Origin: Chrysemys picta bellii
Lineage: Eukaryota
Assembly (NCBI RefSeq): GCF_011386835.1
Contig: NC_088804.1
Span: forward strand, 30,256,001-30,320,000
Length of the DNA: 64,000 bases
Direction of reading: 5' to 3'
Below the pieces are notes generated by a model. The model saw only the letters and a list, made by a program, of their open reading frames with translations. It was not told the origin of the DNA and did no database searches. Of this stretch, positions 1 to 12,764 are shown one piece after another. The translations under genes and the position numbers were made by a program. Position 1 is the stretch's first letter; each line of letters starts with the position of its first letter.

Positions 1-1185
1 GGACACATCAGCTCGATTCAAGCCCCGAAAGTAGCAAAACAATTCTGCTACAGATAATGATGTTATTGACAAAGTTACCATATTTATTTCTGAATAAGAC
101 TTGGTGTGCATACAGCTGAGATGGCCAACAGGTACATTTATAATCCTTGAACCTGCCAATTTTGTCCTCTTCCAAGCACCCTAGAGATTTGTTTTCTCTG
201 GATTGCTTCCCCTCCCCCCACTCCTGCAATCTGTATCTCTCTATAGGGTCCTCCATTCAGAGTAGAAAATAATAATGAGAGAGAGAGAGAACTGAACAAT
301 TTCACAAGAAATTTATTGCAGATAGCAATTTAGTAGAATCATTATCACAGTATGAGGAAAAGATAGCAGAATCATAAGCAAACCAATACCATAGGAATAT
401 CAAAAATATATATTCAGTGTTTGAATCCATAGTGTCATATTTTCATGCAAAAATTAATAGTTTTGAACTCATTTCACTTTAATAGAATATATTAAATACT
501 AAATCATAAATATTAATTAGCATTTAACTATTGGAAAGGCAATGAATCTACCACCCTCATGAGAGAATGACTTCAAGCTGAAAGGAAATTCATATATTCC
601 TGGTCTCAGCTGAGAATGGTATGACAAAGGTAGGGGGAAAAGTCACTGGGTAACAAGAGACTATAAAATCTTGTTGGCATTGGTTTCAGGCAAGTCAAAT
701 AAAGGTAGGGGGAAAGGGGGAGAAACACTTTTGACATTCATGTACTGCTGAGCTGGTTGGAACTGAGGCAATACTAGTATTTCAGGATTGCTGAACACAC
801 AACAGAGGTCAAGAGCAGACAGATGCTGGAAAGTATGCAATTTCAGCATGCTCCATGCCATGCTCTTTTTTTTTTTCTTATGATCATGTGTTTTTCATTC
901 ACACTGTTTTCAAATGAATTCCCACCCTTCCTCTTTCCCACAAAACTTCACTCTGGAATGCAGCTCCCTGTAGGAATGAAATTGATGCAACTAGTCCCAA
1001 AGTCAGTAAAATCTTCATTTTGTGGGGAAAGCTTCTGACTAGCTCTAAAACACAATAATGCTTCAGTCAGACCCTGCACTTAGATATGTGCATTTCTCCC
1101 TAGTATAGCTCAGCCTTCAGCTCATGATGCAGTGTGAGAGATCCATGCCATAGTGTTCATACAGTTTGCATGCGGAGATGATATT

Positions 1186-1297
1186 CAGGGCTTTGGAGTG
1201 GAGCCCGGAGCTGGAGCGCGGAGCAGCTCTCGAGCAGTGGAGATGCAGGTTTTTACCTGGAGCTGGAGTGGAGCCGGAGCACAGCTCCAAAGCCCTG
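1186..1297. mobile_element. Short hAT-like MITE / hairpin element
   Basis: 13-bp perfect terminal inverted repeat CAGGGCTTTGGAG (1186) / CTCCAAAGCCCTG (1297), with GGAGC(T/C)GGAG sub-repeats inside. No clean 8-bp TSD found. Confidence 0.65.
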
Positions 1298-1624
1298 AAT
1301 TCATACAATAAATTGCAGAGCCATTAGATAAATTGCATACATCATCCAACTTTAGCAGGCAGAGTGAAATTTAGGCTGTCAGTGCATCTCCCTGGGACCT
1401 ATTGTAAAATTTTAGTCTTAATGTAGCTTCAAACAGCCACCACATGTCAACCTGCCACAACTATATTTCTTCCTGCTTGCTTCCGCCCCCACCCCGCCGA
1501 TCCCCTACCACAGTGAAAGAGCGAAAGCATTCAATCCTGCCCTAGTGGAATATTTAAGGTCTGATAATGCAAACCTTTTCAATCTAGACACAGGAGATTT
1601 TTCCTTTGTGGTATCTCTAGTTGA

Positions 1625-1825
1625 CAGGGACCTTAAGCTAGGATTCTGGAGATCTGAGTTTTATTCTTGGTTCTGCCACTGATTTGTCCATGTGACCTAT
1701 GATAAGTCACTTCACCTGTTTATGCTTCCATTTTCCCTTCTACATTTTGTCTGTCTTGTCTGCTCTGTAAGCTCTTCAGGGCGGAGATTGTCTTGCTATG
1801 TGTATGGACAGAGCCTAGCTCAATG
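1625..1825 (+). mobile_element. Old MIR-like core SINE with L2-like tail
   Basis: Core-like 'ctgccactgatttgtccatgtgacctatgataagtcacttcacctg' followed by tail 'tgtaagctcttcagggcggagattgtc'. Recognised by motif only. Confidence 0.5.
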
Positions 1826-2796
1826 AAATTGTGATCTCAGTTGGTGTCTGTAGATGTTGTCATTATATTGGAAAGGGGAGATTGAGCTTTCCAATGGCAA
1901 ACACAGAATTTGCTTCCAGCTTTGAAAATTTCTAAACTACCGTTGAAAGGGTGCCGTTTTTATGTCTAGAAAATTATTATAGGTGTGTTTGAGAAGTATT
2001 TAAAATATAGTCCTCATAACTGTTCTCACCCTCTGAATCCTGCACAGTGGGACTCAAGGTAACCAGAAATGCAGGTCATCCTCATAGCGAAAACATAGAC
2101 ACAAGATTTTTGTCAGTGCTGATGGTATTGGGAACTGGTAGGCCAATATGAGCCCCACAGCTTGCCAAGTCTTTCCAGAGTGCAGGGATAACCAGAGGAT
2201 GAGTTGCCTTCTTGCCTGTCACTTGCATGTTAAGCAGGAGTCTTTTCTCAGCTTGTGTGATATTTATACCACTGTCAGTATATCAGATTGAGAGTTTGCC
2301 GGACTTTGTGGCTACACCCCAGACTTGAACTTCTCCATTCTTTATTCGCTATAGGTGTGAGTCTACCTAACCCAAAATATAGCTAGTGTTCTGAGGTGTG
2401 CCTGTCCAGTAGGACCCTCTACTGAGTTCATATGGAGCTGTATGTAGTCCCTGCCTCAGTTTCCTTTCTCAGTAATTCAATTTCAAGCACTCTTGACATT
2501 TGATTTGCTAATACCCTTATTAGGACTTGTTTAGTACAAAATCTCCTACAAAAGGGGCCACAACAAAAAAGTTCCAAATAAATAAAAGGTACTTCTGGCT
2601 TTCACGGTTCCTCTGAAGCCTGCCATCTACGCTCTGTTCCCAGTCCCCTCAGGGTTCTCTCTGTCTATAAGTCTCTCCTCATGGCAGGACCTCCAGCTGA
2701 ACTGCAATTTATCTCCCTGGCCTCATTTAATCCACAGTGCTGGTGTCTGCTCCCTTTTAACTCAGGGCCATACAGGAGCCGCCTTATTCCCTACAC

Positions 2797-3018
2797 CAGG
2801 GGTTCTCAAACTGGGGGTCAGGACCCCTCAGGGGGTTGCAAGGTTATTACATGGGGGTTTGCAAGCTGTCAGCCTCCACTTCAAATCCCACTTTGCCTCT
2901 AGCATTTATAATGGTATTAAATATATTTTAAAAATGTTTTTAATTTATAAGGGGGGGGGTGCACTCAGAGGCTTGCTATGTGAAAGGGGTCACCAGTACA
3001 AAAGTTTGAGAAACACTG
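2797..3018 (+). mobile_element. Complete non-autonomous hAT MITE (222 bp)
   Basis: TIRs CAGGGGTTCTCAAACT / AGTTTGAGAAACACTG; exact 8-bp TSD CCCTACAC at 2789-2796 and 3019-3026. Confidence 0.92.
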
Positions 3019-4083
3019 CCCTACACTGTCTGCAGACACCTATGATGGAGAAGGCAGCATTTATGATGACCTCTGTTCCTAGCTCATTCTTTATTGGCCG
3101 GGAGAGTGGGGAGTGGTGCTCCACCCTCTTTGGGGCTCCAGGCCCTTAAAGATACAGCAACAGGGACCCTTCTAAATGCTATTTCTTGCTGGGACCCCTT
3201 TCCTCTCTCCCTATATCGTCTCAGATCTTGTGTATCAGACCACCCAAAATGTTTAAAAGCGCCATTGCAGGTGACAAGGAGGACTGATCAGTAAGCAGTA
3301 CTGCCCCGTCACAGTTAGCAATTGCTTGCTGGCTCTGCTTCTTTGTGTCTGATATTCCCAGGAGACTCAGCACTTTTTCATTGTTTTCTACACTGAAAAA
3401 TGCTTTCGATAGAGCTCAGGTTCCTTTTGTTCTTCATCTTTTTCTTTCCCTATTTACTTAAGTACAATTGGTCTTGATTTACAAAGTCAGCACAGTATTT
3501 CCACCTTTTAGTAGTTCATTTTCTTCAACCATAGTAATATAAGGAATATATTTCCCTGTTCCAGTTGCACCTCAGCTAGCTTATTTCCCCCTGTAACTTA
3601 ACATTGGCATGAGGTGTCCTCCCTGTGATTCCAATCTGTTTTAGTGTCTTTGCTCCCGCCTCTTAAAGAAAATTTACTGTCTTTCCCTGGGGGTCCTATC
3701 TAACAAGCAGAGAGAATAATCCTCCTGAACATTAGGTTTCTGACTTGCTATACGTTAACTGGGCAAGCACATTATTACTTTCCTAAGCCCTTTCTCTCTT
3801 GTCACTTATCCAGACTAATAGCACAGAAACATGGACACTTACTACCTCCTAAGGAGGGACCACCTACTTATCTAATTTTAGGCTTCTAGTGAACAATGGG
3901 TATATAAATGGTCATTGATCATTCAGGGCTTTTACCTCTGGTGCTTTTAAAAGCTATATCCATGCAGCTGTTTTCTTAAACTTTCTCTCTCGCTGTTTTT
4001 TGTCTATTCGTATTCCTCAGGTCTCACACAGAGAATACAAGGAGGAGGATAACAGACAGGTTAGCAAGAATAAGACGTACGTC

Positions 4084-4127
<44 letters not shown>
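4084..4127. repeat. Compound (TG)n(AG)n microsatellite
   Basis: Directly visible. Confidence 0.95.
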
Positions 4128-4133
<6 letters not shown>

Positions 4134-4235
4134 AGTATTACAGTGGAGTAACTTACATGTAGCAAGGTAGATGAAATGAAGAGCATCATTCCGTTAAATA
4201 TATGGAAAACATGGAAAGGGGTAGGTTTCCTGCCT

Positions 4236-4742
4236 CTGCCCAGGTCACCGCCCCCGCAGCTCCCATTGGCAGAGGCAGGCAGCAGAGCTGCCTGGCCACG
4301 CCTCCGCCAAGCAGCTGAGTGAGGGGGATGTCACTGCTTCTGGGGAGCCCCCTAGGTAAGCGCCACCCAGAGCCCGCCTGACCTCGTCCCATGCCCCAGT
4401 TCCCTGCCCTCTCCAACACCCTGCTGCTGGGGTGGGGGGAAGGAGTGTGGAACCAGGTAGGGAGCCTGCTGTCTCTACCAGCTGCCCCCCCCAGAAATGG
4501 GGGTCGTGCTGCCAGCCCCTCTCCCCCCCCCCAGCACCAGTGGGGGTCCCAGGCCAAGCGGTGCCGCCCGCCCCCTCAGCGCCCAGGCTGCCCTCTCCCA
4601 GTACCCACAGGGCCCCCGGGCAGCCACCCAAGTTTTAGTCAATGGTATTTTTAGTAAAAGTCATAGGCCGTGAATTTTTGTTTACAGCCTGTGACCTGTC
4701 TATGACTTTTATTAAAAATGCCCATGACTAAAACCTAGCCTT
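4236..4742 (-). mobile_element. Truncated GC-rich non-autonomous DNA transposon with ~100-bp terminal hairpin
   Basis: The GC-rich body shares motifs with the other MITEs here ('gcagctcccattggc', 'ggtaagcgcc'). 4633-4733 is an imperfect inverted repeat: TTTTAGTCAATGGTATTTTTAGTAAAAGTCATAG ... CTATGACTTTTATTAAAAATGCCCATGACTAAAA. Confidence 0.65.
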
Positions 4743-4749
4743 TCCCCTG

Positions 4750-5885
4750 CATAGGGAACTTGGAGCTGCGGTTAGGGTTCCTATGGGAAGCGTGCCCAGC
4801 CCTAGGGTTTGGGTTCCTATGGGGGAGGGGTCTTGGTGCTAGCATAGGAGTTCCTATGCAGAGGGGATCTGGGGTTCGGGTTTGGGTTCCTATGGGAGGG
4901 GACTTCAAGCTAGGATTAGGGTTCCCATGAGGAAGGGACTTGGGGTGCGGGTTAGGTTACCTATGTGTAGGGATTTGGGGCTAGGATTAGGGTTCCTCTG
5001 GTAAGGGGACTTGGGGCTAGTGTTAGGTTTCCTGTGGTAAGAGCGCCACACCCTAGGGTTAGGGTTCCAATGGGGGATGGGTCTTAGGTCTAGGGCTAGG
5101 GTTCATATGTCGAGGTTACTTGGGGCTAGGGCTAGGGTTCCTATGTGTAGGGGACTTGGCGATAGCATTAGGGTACCTATTGATAGGGGATGTGGGGGTA
5201 GCGTTAGGGTTCCTATGGAGAGGGGACTATGGGCTAGTGTTAGGGTTCATATGGGGACGGGACTTGGGGATAAGATTAGGGTACCTATGGGTAGGGGATT
5301 TGGGGCTAGGGTTAGGGTTCCTGTGAGGAGGATGCCCTGCCCTAGGGTTAGGGTTCCTCTGGGGGAGAGGTCTTGGGTCTAGGGCTGGGGTTCATATGTC
5401 GAGGTTACTTGGGGCTAGGGTTAGGGTTCCCATGGGAAGGGTGCCGCACCCTAGTGTGAGTGTTCCTATGGGGAGTGGTCTTGGGGTTAGGGTTTGTATG
5501 GGTTTGTGACTTGGGGCTAGAGTTATCGTTCCTATGATGATGGGACTTGGGGCTAGGGTTAAGGTTCCTCTGGGAAGAGGACTTGGGGCTAGGGTTAAGG
5601 TTCCTCTGGGAAGAGGACTTGGGGCTAGGGCTAGGGTTCATATGGGGAGGATACTTGGTGCTACGGTTAGGGTTCTTCTGGCCAGGGTGCCCACCATAGG
5701 TTTAGGGTTCCTTTGGGGAGGGGACTAATAGCTAGTGTAAACATTCCTATGCAGAGGTCACCCCACCCCAGTGGTAGGGTTCCTATGGATAGGGCACTTG
5801 GAACTATGGTTAGGGTTCCTCTGGTAGGGCTCCCCACCCCAAGGTTAGGTTACCTATGGATAGGGCTCTCAGGCCTAGGTTAGGG
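4750..5885 (+). repeat. Degenerate 36-bp G-rich minisatellite containing the telomeric hexamer TTAGGG (~31 units)
   Basis: Adjacent identical units GGACTTGGGGCTAGGGTTAAGGTTCCTCTGGGAAGA at 5543 and 5579 give a period of 36. Approximate consensus is TTAGGGTTCCTATGGGGAGGGGACTTGGGGCTAGGG. Confidence 0.93.
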
Positions 5886-7932
5886 ACTGGATTTCATTAC
5901 TTATCACAATACCTTCTCTTTCGTAAATAGGACTGCTGATATCAATTTCCATCTCTGCTGTCAACACATTGACAAAGGTCTCAGTGGCTGTTTACTTGTC
6001 CCTGAAATAGTCCCCACAATATTTCAGGTGGTCTAAGGTTTATTAATGTTTTAAAAATTCTGTTATATCTTTGAATGAAAAGCAGTGGAGAAGTCCTAAT
6101 TATTAATAGAAATACACTATTTGTAATAATCCACCATATTAATAGATACTGTTTCTAGATTCAAAAGACACAATAGTTTCCACATAGACACATCCCTCTT
6201 AATTTCCCAAAGATTGTGATGATTCATTTCTGTGAGTTACATTACATTACAAGGAAAGATGCCATTTCAAACAATTCTGGTGAGGTTCCAATTCAGTTTT
6301 GAATCAGGCTTGTCCTTGATTTAGTTTGTGTTTTATTTTGTACCCTTACAGTTTTCAAAACTAAAGGAAGGTATAGAAAACAACATCTGGGAATATGAAA
6401 CTGAAGCCTAAAAAATTCTACAGGATAGTTAAGATTGGATTGCAGCCAGTCCTTGTGCTGAATATTCCTAAAATGTAGCACATCATCTGAGCACTCCAGG
6501 AGCTCTGGAAGACACTGAGCTTTGAAAACCTTACAAAACTTCTTCTGTTGGGATAGTGTGACTCTACTTACCCCTTACCTTGGGACTACTGTTTAAGGGT
6601 TCAGACTGGCCCACACTGTTTCTGTCAGCCAGAATATTCTGTGTTCTCAGAGATATTCTGGCACATTGATTTTTTTTTTTAAACCAAGCAGCATTTCATG
6701 TCAACGGTCTTAGCACTTGTAAGCTTTCGTGCAATTTTCTGAAACTTACAAAGGTTTACTTCACTCTACTGTGGTTTGTAAATATGTTAAATGAGGTTTG
6801 AGAGCTGCAACAGATGTTCAACCTAATGTCATTGGGAGGTTCCGGAAATCCAGTTTTGGTCATTGTTTTGTGCCAAGTGTTTATTATATTCTACTGAGAC
6901 TGAAGAAACTAGCCCAAAGTCTGTTCAGAATGGAAGGGGATATGGAATACTGATTTTGACAGCGAAATAATGACTGTTCTTTTCATTATTCTACAATTGG
7001 CTTTATAAATTGAAACAAAATTATTTTCTCTACTAACAAAATTCAAAGATTAAATTGGGCTGAAGTTTAAAAAAGGCATTGTTTATGCTACATAACCAGA
7101 AAAATATTGTGTAATTTGTACCACAATGTACCACATGTATCTGGGCCCCATTCATTCAGCTGTTATGCATGTGAAGTAAATGGGGACTATTTGTTCAAGT
7201 AAGGACTTTATGACCTAGCCCTTTATTATGATAACACATTGTAGACTTCTATTTGTGCAAGAATTTTAAAAAATAGTAATGTTGGGGACAACTTACTGTT
7301 GTCGACACACGTGAAAATTAAGCATTTGATGTTAATCATATTTCTATATTATGATGACTTCAACAGTCATTTACTAACTTTAATTAAAATGATCGTCAGC
7401 TAATTTTTGGGCAATAACCCTCCAATTATAGAGGGCATCTGCTACATTAATAGCCCTGGAGACTGCCTGTTTGCTTTAAAGAGTAGGTGCATGTACAATT
7501 AAACTTTTGCTATGTTTCACTGTGTTCTCAATAGGAACAGTGACCATTATGCATTACATGGCTTACAAAGCTGTGATAATGAAGCAATTTTGTGCTGAAA
7601 ACCTGTACATCAAGGAAGCATTAAAGCTCATTAACTTCATTAACTGAGTGCATCTTTCTCAACAAAACCTTTAAGAAAAATTGCACCATAGTGGGAGGAT
7701 ATAATAGTACAAAAGCATGGAGCAATTTGTTTAATAACTGTGACTCCATAGCAAGTAAACATTTTCACACAATTAGTCTATTAGTCTAATAGTTTTCTAA
7801 GACAGAATTTTTTTTTCAAAGTTTAGCATCCTCATTTTGCATAATTCTTCTTAACAACATTCAGTGGTGATATGTTATGTTCCCTTATCATTGGGGGCTG
7901 ACCCAATCTCTCAAGCTGTCTATCCATTGTAC

Positions 7933-8989
7933 AGAATCATAGGACTGGAAAGGACCTCAAGAGATCTTCTAGTCCATTCCCCTTTCATTCAATGTGGCGC
8001 GGGCGAGGGACGTGCTGGCTGCAGCTTCCTGCCGCCCCCATTGGCCCGGGACGGCGAACCGCAGCTAGTGGGGGCTGCGATTGGCCAAATCTGTCGTGTC
8101 AGCAGGTAAATAAACTGGCCCGGCCCGCTAGGGTGCTTACCCTGGCAAGCCGCATGCCAAACGTTGCCGACCCCTGATCTAGACCATCCCTGACGGGTGT
8201 TTGTCTACTCTGCTCTTAAAAATCTTTAAAAAACCCAGACTTTCCACAACTTCCCTAGGCAATTTATTCCAGTGCCTAACCACCCTGACAGTTAGGAAGT
8301 TTTTCCTAATATCTAATCTAAACCGCCCATGCTGCAATTTACACCCTTTGCTTCTTGTTGTATCCTCAGAGGTTAAAGAGAACAATTTTTTGTCCCTCCA
8401 ACTTGTAACAATCTTTTATGTACTTGAAAACTATTATCATGTCCATCCCCCCTCTAATTCTTCTCTTCTCCAATTTTTCCAATCTTCCCTCATAGGCCAT
8501 GTTTTCTAGACCTTTAATATTTTTTGCTGCTCTTCTTTGAATTGTCTCCAGTTTGTCCACATCTTTCCTGAAATGTGGTGCCTAGAACTGGACACAATAC
8601 TCCAGTTGAAATCTAATCAGTGCGGAGTAGAGCGGAAGGATAACTACTTTTGTCTTGCTTACAACACTCCAGCTAAAACATCCCAGAATGATGTTTGCTT
8701 TTTTTTTTTTTTTTTTTGGCAACAGTATTATGCTGATGACTTTTATATTTAGCTTGTGATCCACTAAGACCACCAGATCACTTTCCGCAGTACACCTTCC
8801 TAGTCAGGCATTTCCCATTTTCTGTGTGTGTAATTGATTGTTCCCTCCTAAGTCAAGTACTTTGCATTTGTCCGTATTGCATTTCATTCTATTTACTTTA
8901 GATCCTTTCTCCAGTTTGTCCAGATCATTTTGAATTTTAATCCTATCCTCTAAAGTGCTTGCAACCCTCCCAGCTTGTTATCATCTGCA
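7933..8989 (-). mobile_element. 5'-truncated CR1 LINE (ORF2 C-terminus + 3' UTR), frameshifted
   Basis: Minus-strand peptides 'YSALIRFQLEYCVQF', 'KLETIQRRAAKNIKGLE' and '[29 protein letters not shown]' are typical of the CR1 ORF2 end. The reverse complement of the CR1 tail (agaatcataggactggaa) is at 7933. Confidence 0.95.
7994..8176. mobile_element. Half of a hAT MITE nested in the CR1 3' UTR
   Basis: Ends in the TIR 'gttgccgacccctg' (8176). Same family as the complete copy at 12114-12447; the left half is missing. Confidence 0.85.
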
Positions 8990-11900
8990 TGCAAGACAGA
9001 ATAAGTCTGTCTAGTTATCTCAATCCCATATGATGGGGTGTGGAAAGTAGCACACAGTTTAGCAGCAGCTGGGCAGACCACGAAAGCTGGGCTTCAGTTT
9101 CATAGGATTTTCTGGGAAACAAGGGGGGCACTTTCAAGGTGAAGCCGCAAACATATAGTTTGTATGAGGCTTTAATCTGCAAAGAATGCTAGATGCGGAC
9201 CTACAAGAACAAGTCCTGTCTATTAAGGAGCAGGTGCAAATTCTGGAGCAAATCTTGTTCACTTTACTTATTCAAAACTCCCATTAAGGGCTAGATTATG
9301 CCACCCTTATTCACATTGAATAGCATCTTACTCCTCAGATAGTCCCCTTAAGGAAAGACCGGACCATTCTGTATGTGGCCTACCCATATTTCACTCTCAC
9401 ACTATGGCCCTGACCCCCCTTGGTGTGGCAGCAGCAGGGGCCACTCTCACAAAAGCTTTCTGCTAGGCTCCTAGGGGACCTGCCATCCACTTCTGTTTGG
9501 GTAGGCTGTCTCCTCCTCTCCCCTCAACTTTGTTGACTACTGCTTTCTGTCTTAAGGCAACCTAAGGTGTGTCCTGGAAGACTCAGTCTACACCCCCAGT
9601 AGTAATGTTGAGGGTGGGCCCCTTCCAATAATACTCCATCAGAGCTGTGGTGGGATTGCAGCAGCGAGGGTCCCCCAGAGTCTTGTGCTGGGATGGTGTT
9701 GGTGAGGCACTGTCTCCCAGAGTTAAAATTAACAGGGCATTTCCCACCTCTTGGAGTTATTGGTTTAGGCTGTCTGCATACTCCGGCAGTCATCTGTCAC
9801 ACTCAGGTAATTTTTTTCAAGTTTTTCTTTGAAATCATGAGGGGAAGAAACTGTTTTTTTTTTTTTAAACAGAGGATGAGATTGTGATTTCATCCTGTGA
9901 GTCCAAGGAGCTGGAGTCCTAAGCATAAACCTATAGCACCTATGCTTTAATATATGTCTGAGTCCCATTGAAATGAGTAGGATTCTGGAGGAGATGAGAT
10001 ACTCCCTCTAATGAGGAAAGGTGACCAATCTGCTCCCATATGGAATGACAGCATCAGCCAGTCAAACATTTCTATCAACCAGTTTTCTAATATAAAGTTG
10101 GTAGTACTTACTGCTGTTTTCACATACTGTAGATAGTAAAATTACCCCCTGCCCCCGGCAGTGTGCCAGTGCACCATGTTAGTAATCACATTTTCCTGTA
10201 CTTAGTTTTACTCATCTTTAATGCAAGTGAGGTTTGTTTAAGCCTTGTTTACCTCTCATTTGGAGGATCTAAAAACAGCTACATGCTACTAATATTTATT
10301 GTGAAGTGTTTTCTGCAGTTCTTGTATTAATATTTGCATTTTATCCACATACCTGAGTAATAAAAGCTGTTAAGGTCATGGTGGATTAGTTGGAATTTAA
10401 TGTAATTTGATGTTTTATAATGATTGTGTAGTGTAAAGTATTTGTGCTTTGCTTGCTGGTCTATGAATTCCACACATCCCCCTTAAATATAGATTGAGAT
10501 ATTAAAAAAAAAAAAATGCAATGAAATTGTGAATATAATAACCCCATTACTTTTCCTAATCCCCAATTTTGTATATAAAGGTTAAAATTTGTCATACTGT
10601 GAATAACTCCACTAATATTAATCCCTCTCCTAAAGCCTTTACTCATGTTGAATAGTACCCTACTTTGAGTAGTCCCATTTCTTTGATTAATTTAAACAGA
10701 TTTAAAGGCACATACTTCCTGCTAGGCATTGTAGCTAGGCTGTGATACTTCCTGCTGTTCATTCTGTCTACTTACGAGGGTATTGACAGCTCTGATAGTT
10801 CACGCAACCTATTTCCATGTGTGTCAATAACAACCTTCTATAGCTCTAGTATCTTTGTGGGGCTGTTATTCATATTAGGCAGGAGAAATTACAGGGATAG
10901 TCCAGGTTACCAAGAGGTCATTTGGATTTTCTACATTCTTGTGGCATTAAGGAGTCTGGGTGTACTGAAGAAGGATGAAATATTTGCTTGTAATAAGAAA
11001 AGGGGGAGGCGACTTTAGGAAAAGGAACCTTCCCCTAAAATAGTGGGCCAGTTATTCCTCTATAAAAGGGCAACTATTGAAGTCACCACTAGTGACTCTT
11101 CTGCACTGAGGAGTAAGTGCACTAGGGCCAAGCAATGTAAGATGTCAAATTTGCAATGTAGAGTTACTCCCAATCCCTGCCCGATGTGAGTAATGACGGG
11201 TATCAAACTAAGAGCATTCATTCTGTGCACAATCATGATCGTTCATGGAAAGGAAAAACAACTTGACATCAGTAACAATGTGCCATGTAAAAGCCAAACA
11301 TCTTGTTCCATGGGGAAAAGCACCAAGGGAAACTAGAAAGGAAACTAGAAATTGGTAGTGATGCCTGGGAAGCATGCAGTTTCCTTCCTTAACTGCTACT
11401 ACATAGTAACTGAATACTTAATCTCAGTACAGTCTGCTGGATTAAAAAAAATGTCTACTCTTCATTATCTTCTTTTGCTTGAATTGCACTGTTTACCATC
11501 CTTTGATTTCTTCTTCAAGCCAAAACTGGTTGATGATTTGCCTGCTATTGCTCAACCTGTAGCATCTTCCCTGATTTACAGCCAAGAGATTTCCTCAACC
11601 AGAAAGCAATTTTGGTTAATTAGTAGCACAATGCTTCAAAGATGAGAGTTTTTCAGTCTTTTAATTTTGCAAAGTTTATTTTATTTTAATGCCCTTGCAA
11701 GCTGCTCTCAATAAAGTTTTTAGTAATGTTAATAGTAGTCAAGTCATTTACAATTACTGTGATACTGTGTTGGTTAAGACAAGATGGCAAAAGAAGACCC
11801 AACTTAGATATTAGTTGTCCTGTCCTTACTACTAGCAGCTTTTATTAAGGTACCGGTAATTTATTTTGAGGGCATTTTTGAGACATTTCTGAGTAATAGT

Positions 11901-12113
11901 TCAGATATTTATACAAAGCTATCCTGAAAGGACTTTTGGGACACTGGCAGTTTACTATATCATTGCCACCATTTGGAATTACAAATTGTAGCTCACCTGT
12001 GCATATATTTTACCTGCTTTAACCTCTCAATAACTGTCATTTCCTTATCTTAGCTAATAAAACTTTATTTAGTTTACTATAGAATTGGGTGCTAGCATTG
12101 TCTAGCTCTAGAG

Positions 12114-12447
12114 CAGGGATCGGCAACCTTTGGCACGTGGCCCCCCAGGGTAAACCCCCTAGAGGGCCGGGCCAGTTTGTTTACCTGCCACGTCCGCAGG
12201 TTCGGCTGATCGCAGCTCCCACTGGCTGCGGTTCGCCACTCCAGGCCAATGGGGGCTACAGGAAGTGGCGCAGGCCAAGGGATGTGCTGGCTGCCGCTTC
12301 CCGCAGCACCCATTGGCCTGGAGCAACAAACCGTGGCCAGTGGGAGCCGTGATTGACTGAACCTGTGGACGCAGCAGGTAAACAAACAAGCCTGGCCCGC
12401 CAGGGGCTTATCCTGGCAGGCCACGGGCCAAAGGTTGCCGATCTCTG
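12114..12447. mobile_element. Complete palindromic hAT MITE (334 bp)
   Basis: TIRs CAGGGATCGGCAACCTTTGGC / GCCAAAGGTTGCCGATCTCTG; the element is largely self-complementary; exact 8-bp TSD CTCTAGAG at 12106-12113 and 12448-12455. Confidence 0.95.
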
Positions 12448-12539
12448 CTCTAGAGTACCAAATGATACGGAGTAAGTGACTGGTCTCTTGGAACTAGAAG
12501 CAACATAAATGTGATTTTTCGTGTAAGCAACCATTTTAT

Positions 12540-12764
12540 CACAAAGTCCTGTTTATCTCAGTGGCAAGATAGACTGGAGAGTCTTCAGTGACTGTCTGAC
12601 TTCATGGTAAGATTGGTATAGTGATCTAGGAGTTTACACTTGTTGTTGGTTTGGTGAAATCTAATTATAGAATACACCATTAGTTTGGGGGTGTCTGCTC
12701 TCTTTTCTGGCAGTCTGCCCTGAGGTAAGCATTCACAGTTGTGAGCCACTGCAGACAGCGTGAC
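12540..12764 (+). mobile_element. 3' fragment of an LTR (Gypsy-like)
   Basis: Ends '...gtgagccactgcagacagcgtgaca', a typical LTR terminus (GTGACA). The left boundary is uncertain. Confidence 0.55.

Noticed and set aside
1-184. Stop-free minus-strand frame (GAWKRTKLAGSRIINV...FRGLNRADVS) running off the window start
   Set aside because: The acceptor has no pyrimidine tract and no homologue was recognised; cannot be judged without the adjacent window.
2300-3270. Possible old LTR remnant around the hAT MITE
   Set aside because: It ends in GTGACA, but no matching start or TSD could be defined.
4750-5885. 36-bp periodicity as a CRISPR array; ORFs 5077-5728 as genes
   Set aside because: The units are contiguous with no unique spacers and the genome is vertebrate; the ORFs are just translations of the tandem repeat.
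11480-11600. Minus-strand exon-like frame NLLAVNQGRCYRLSNSRQIINQFWLEEEIKG
   Set aside because: Atypical GAG acceptor, weak donor, no recognisable protein.
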